From Protoeuglena noctilucae (Eukaryota), in the NCBI GenBank assembly GCA_958009085.1, contig OY253668.1, forward strand, positions 992,001 to 1,056,000: a stretch of DNA of 64,000 nt, read 5' to 3'. Position 1 is the first letter of the stretch, and each line of letters begins with the position of its first letter. This document shows positions 63,050 to 64,000 of the stretch, one piece after another. Made by a program: the position numbers and the translations under genes. Under the pieces are notes generated by a model. That model was given only the letters and a program-made list of their open reading frames with translations. It made no database searches and was not told the origin of the DNA.

Positions 63050-64000
63050 TCAAGATTGGGCCGCGTTCACAAAGTCCGCCGTGGCACCCAGCCCCGCGTC
63101 CCGGTAGCACTGCGCCACCTCCCCCGCCACGTCCGCCCACGCAACCCCCTCCTCGGCGGAAGCCTTGTCCAAAAGCATCCCAGCACGGTCCAGCGCCTCC
63201 TGCTCCGATGTCTGCGGCCGGGGAACCGAAAAAGGACCCTATTACACGCAACGTCGTGCGACGGCTGGCCCCGCGGGCGCAGCGCAGCGAGGCGAGCACA
63301 AACCTTAGGGTCCGGCAGCATCCCCCGTGCCTTTTTGGCCATGGCCTCCTGGTCGTGCATCCACGCGCGGATCTCGAGGGGCGAGCCCTAGGGGAAGCAG
63401 CCGCAGTGGGACAGATGAGGGCTCGGGAGGGCACTTGAAGTGCGCAGATCGCTCACCGCCCCCTCCGCACCTTGTCCGCCACCCCGGCCTCCTCCGCACA
63501 CGCGTGGAACCCCTCCCTCAGCGTCCACCACGGCATCCGCAGCGCCACGCGCATCGTGTCCCGTGCCTCCTCCCCGTGCCCTAGCCTGCGCACAGCGCGA
63601 GGTTGGCGCGTGCATGCCTCGCAATCGCACCGCCACGCAAGTCGCTCTGTGATCGTGACCCGCCCTGTCCAAGCGCGTGCTTCGTGCGCTCCTTTGCTCA
63701 CCGTGCTTTCAGCCTCGCGTTGAACTCGTAGGGCCTTCCCCAGCTGACGAACTTCCCGTTGCGCATGTACCACTCCCCCGCCACCAGCGACCCCGTCACG
63801 TCGCCCCGCTTGCGCTCGTGCGCCTCCGCCAGCGCCTCGCAGACGTCCACGAAGAACCCCACCTGGGGTGAGGCAGCAGATGCGAGAATGCCTGAACTGA
63901 CAATGGAGCTCACTGACTGAAGAGGTGGGCACTTCATGAATGCCACGCACCTTCTTCACCAGGTACACCTCCATCGACGGCAACCCGGACCTCGCGAACC
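63050..64000 (-). CDS. PAB: PROTEIN IN CHLOROPLAST ATPASE BIOGENESIS (PAB)-like, 3' part
   Basis: Spliced YLVKKVGFFVDV...GDVTGSLVAGEWY...WGRPYEFNA...EARDTMRVALRMPWWTL...ALDRAGMLLD...CYRDAGL...FV, recognised from the recalled plant PAB sequence. Confidence 0.8.

Overview
Very GC-rich, gene-dense, intron-rich eukaryotic nuclear DNA, most consistent with a compact green-algal (chlorophyte) genome; the taxon is inferred, not shown. Most ORFs in the track are GC-driven artefacts, so gene models were assembled by hand across introns and some starts are approximate. About 20 protein-coding genes are supported: PP2C (partial), FAD oxidoreductase, a divergent CENP-C, DUF3067, glutathionyl-hydroquinone reductase, class A HSF, centrin, proteasome beta1, KNL1/Spc105, two paralogous F-box/ankyrin genes, HPPK-DHPS, a large HMG-box/RanBP2-finger gene, an EF-hand protein, NOL10, a YqaJ-like nuclease, RPL22, MO25 and PAB (partial). 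There is also an intron-containing tRNA-Thr(UGU) with unusual G8/G14/G21 and a box C/D snoRNA in an RPL22 intron. The most unusual region is 30.3-37.6 kb: a nested head-to-tail cluster of an L1-like element. It has (CAT)n tails, a 14-bp target-site duplication and an RNase H placed upstream of a zf-RVT region, with no visible RT. It starts about 90-100 bp downstream of the tRNA gene and appears to insert into motifs found in its own 3' region. GC-AG introns with a GCGAG donor are unusually common.
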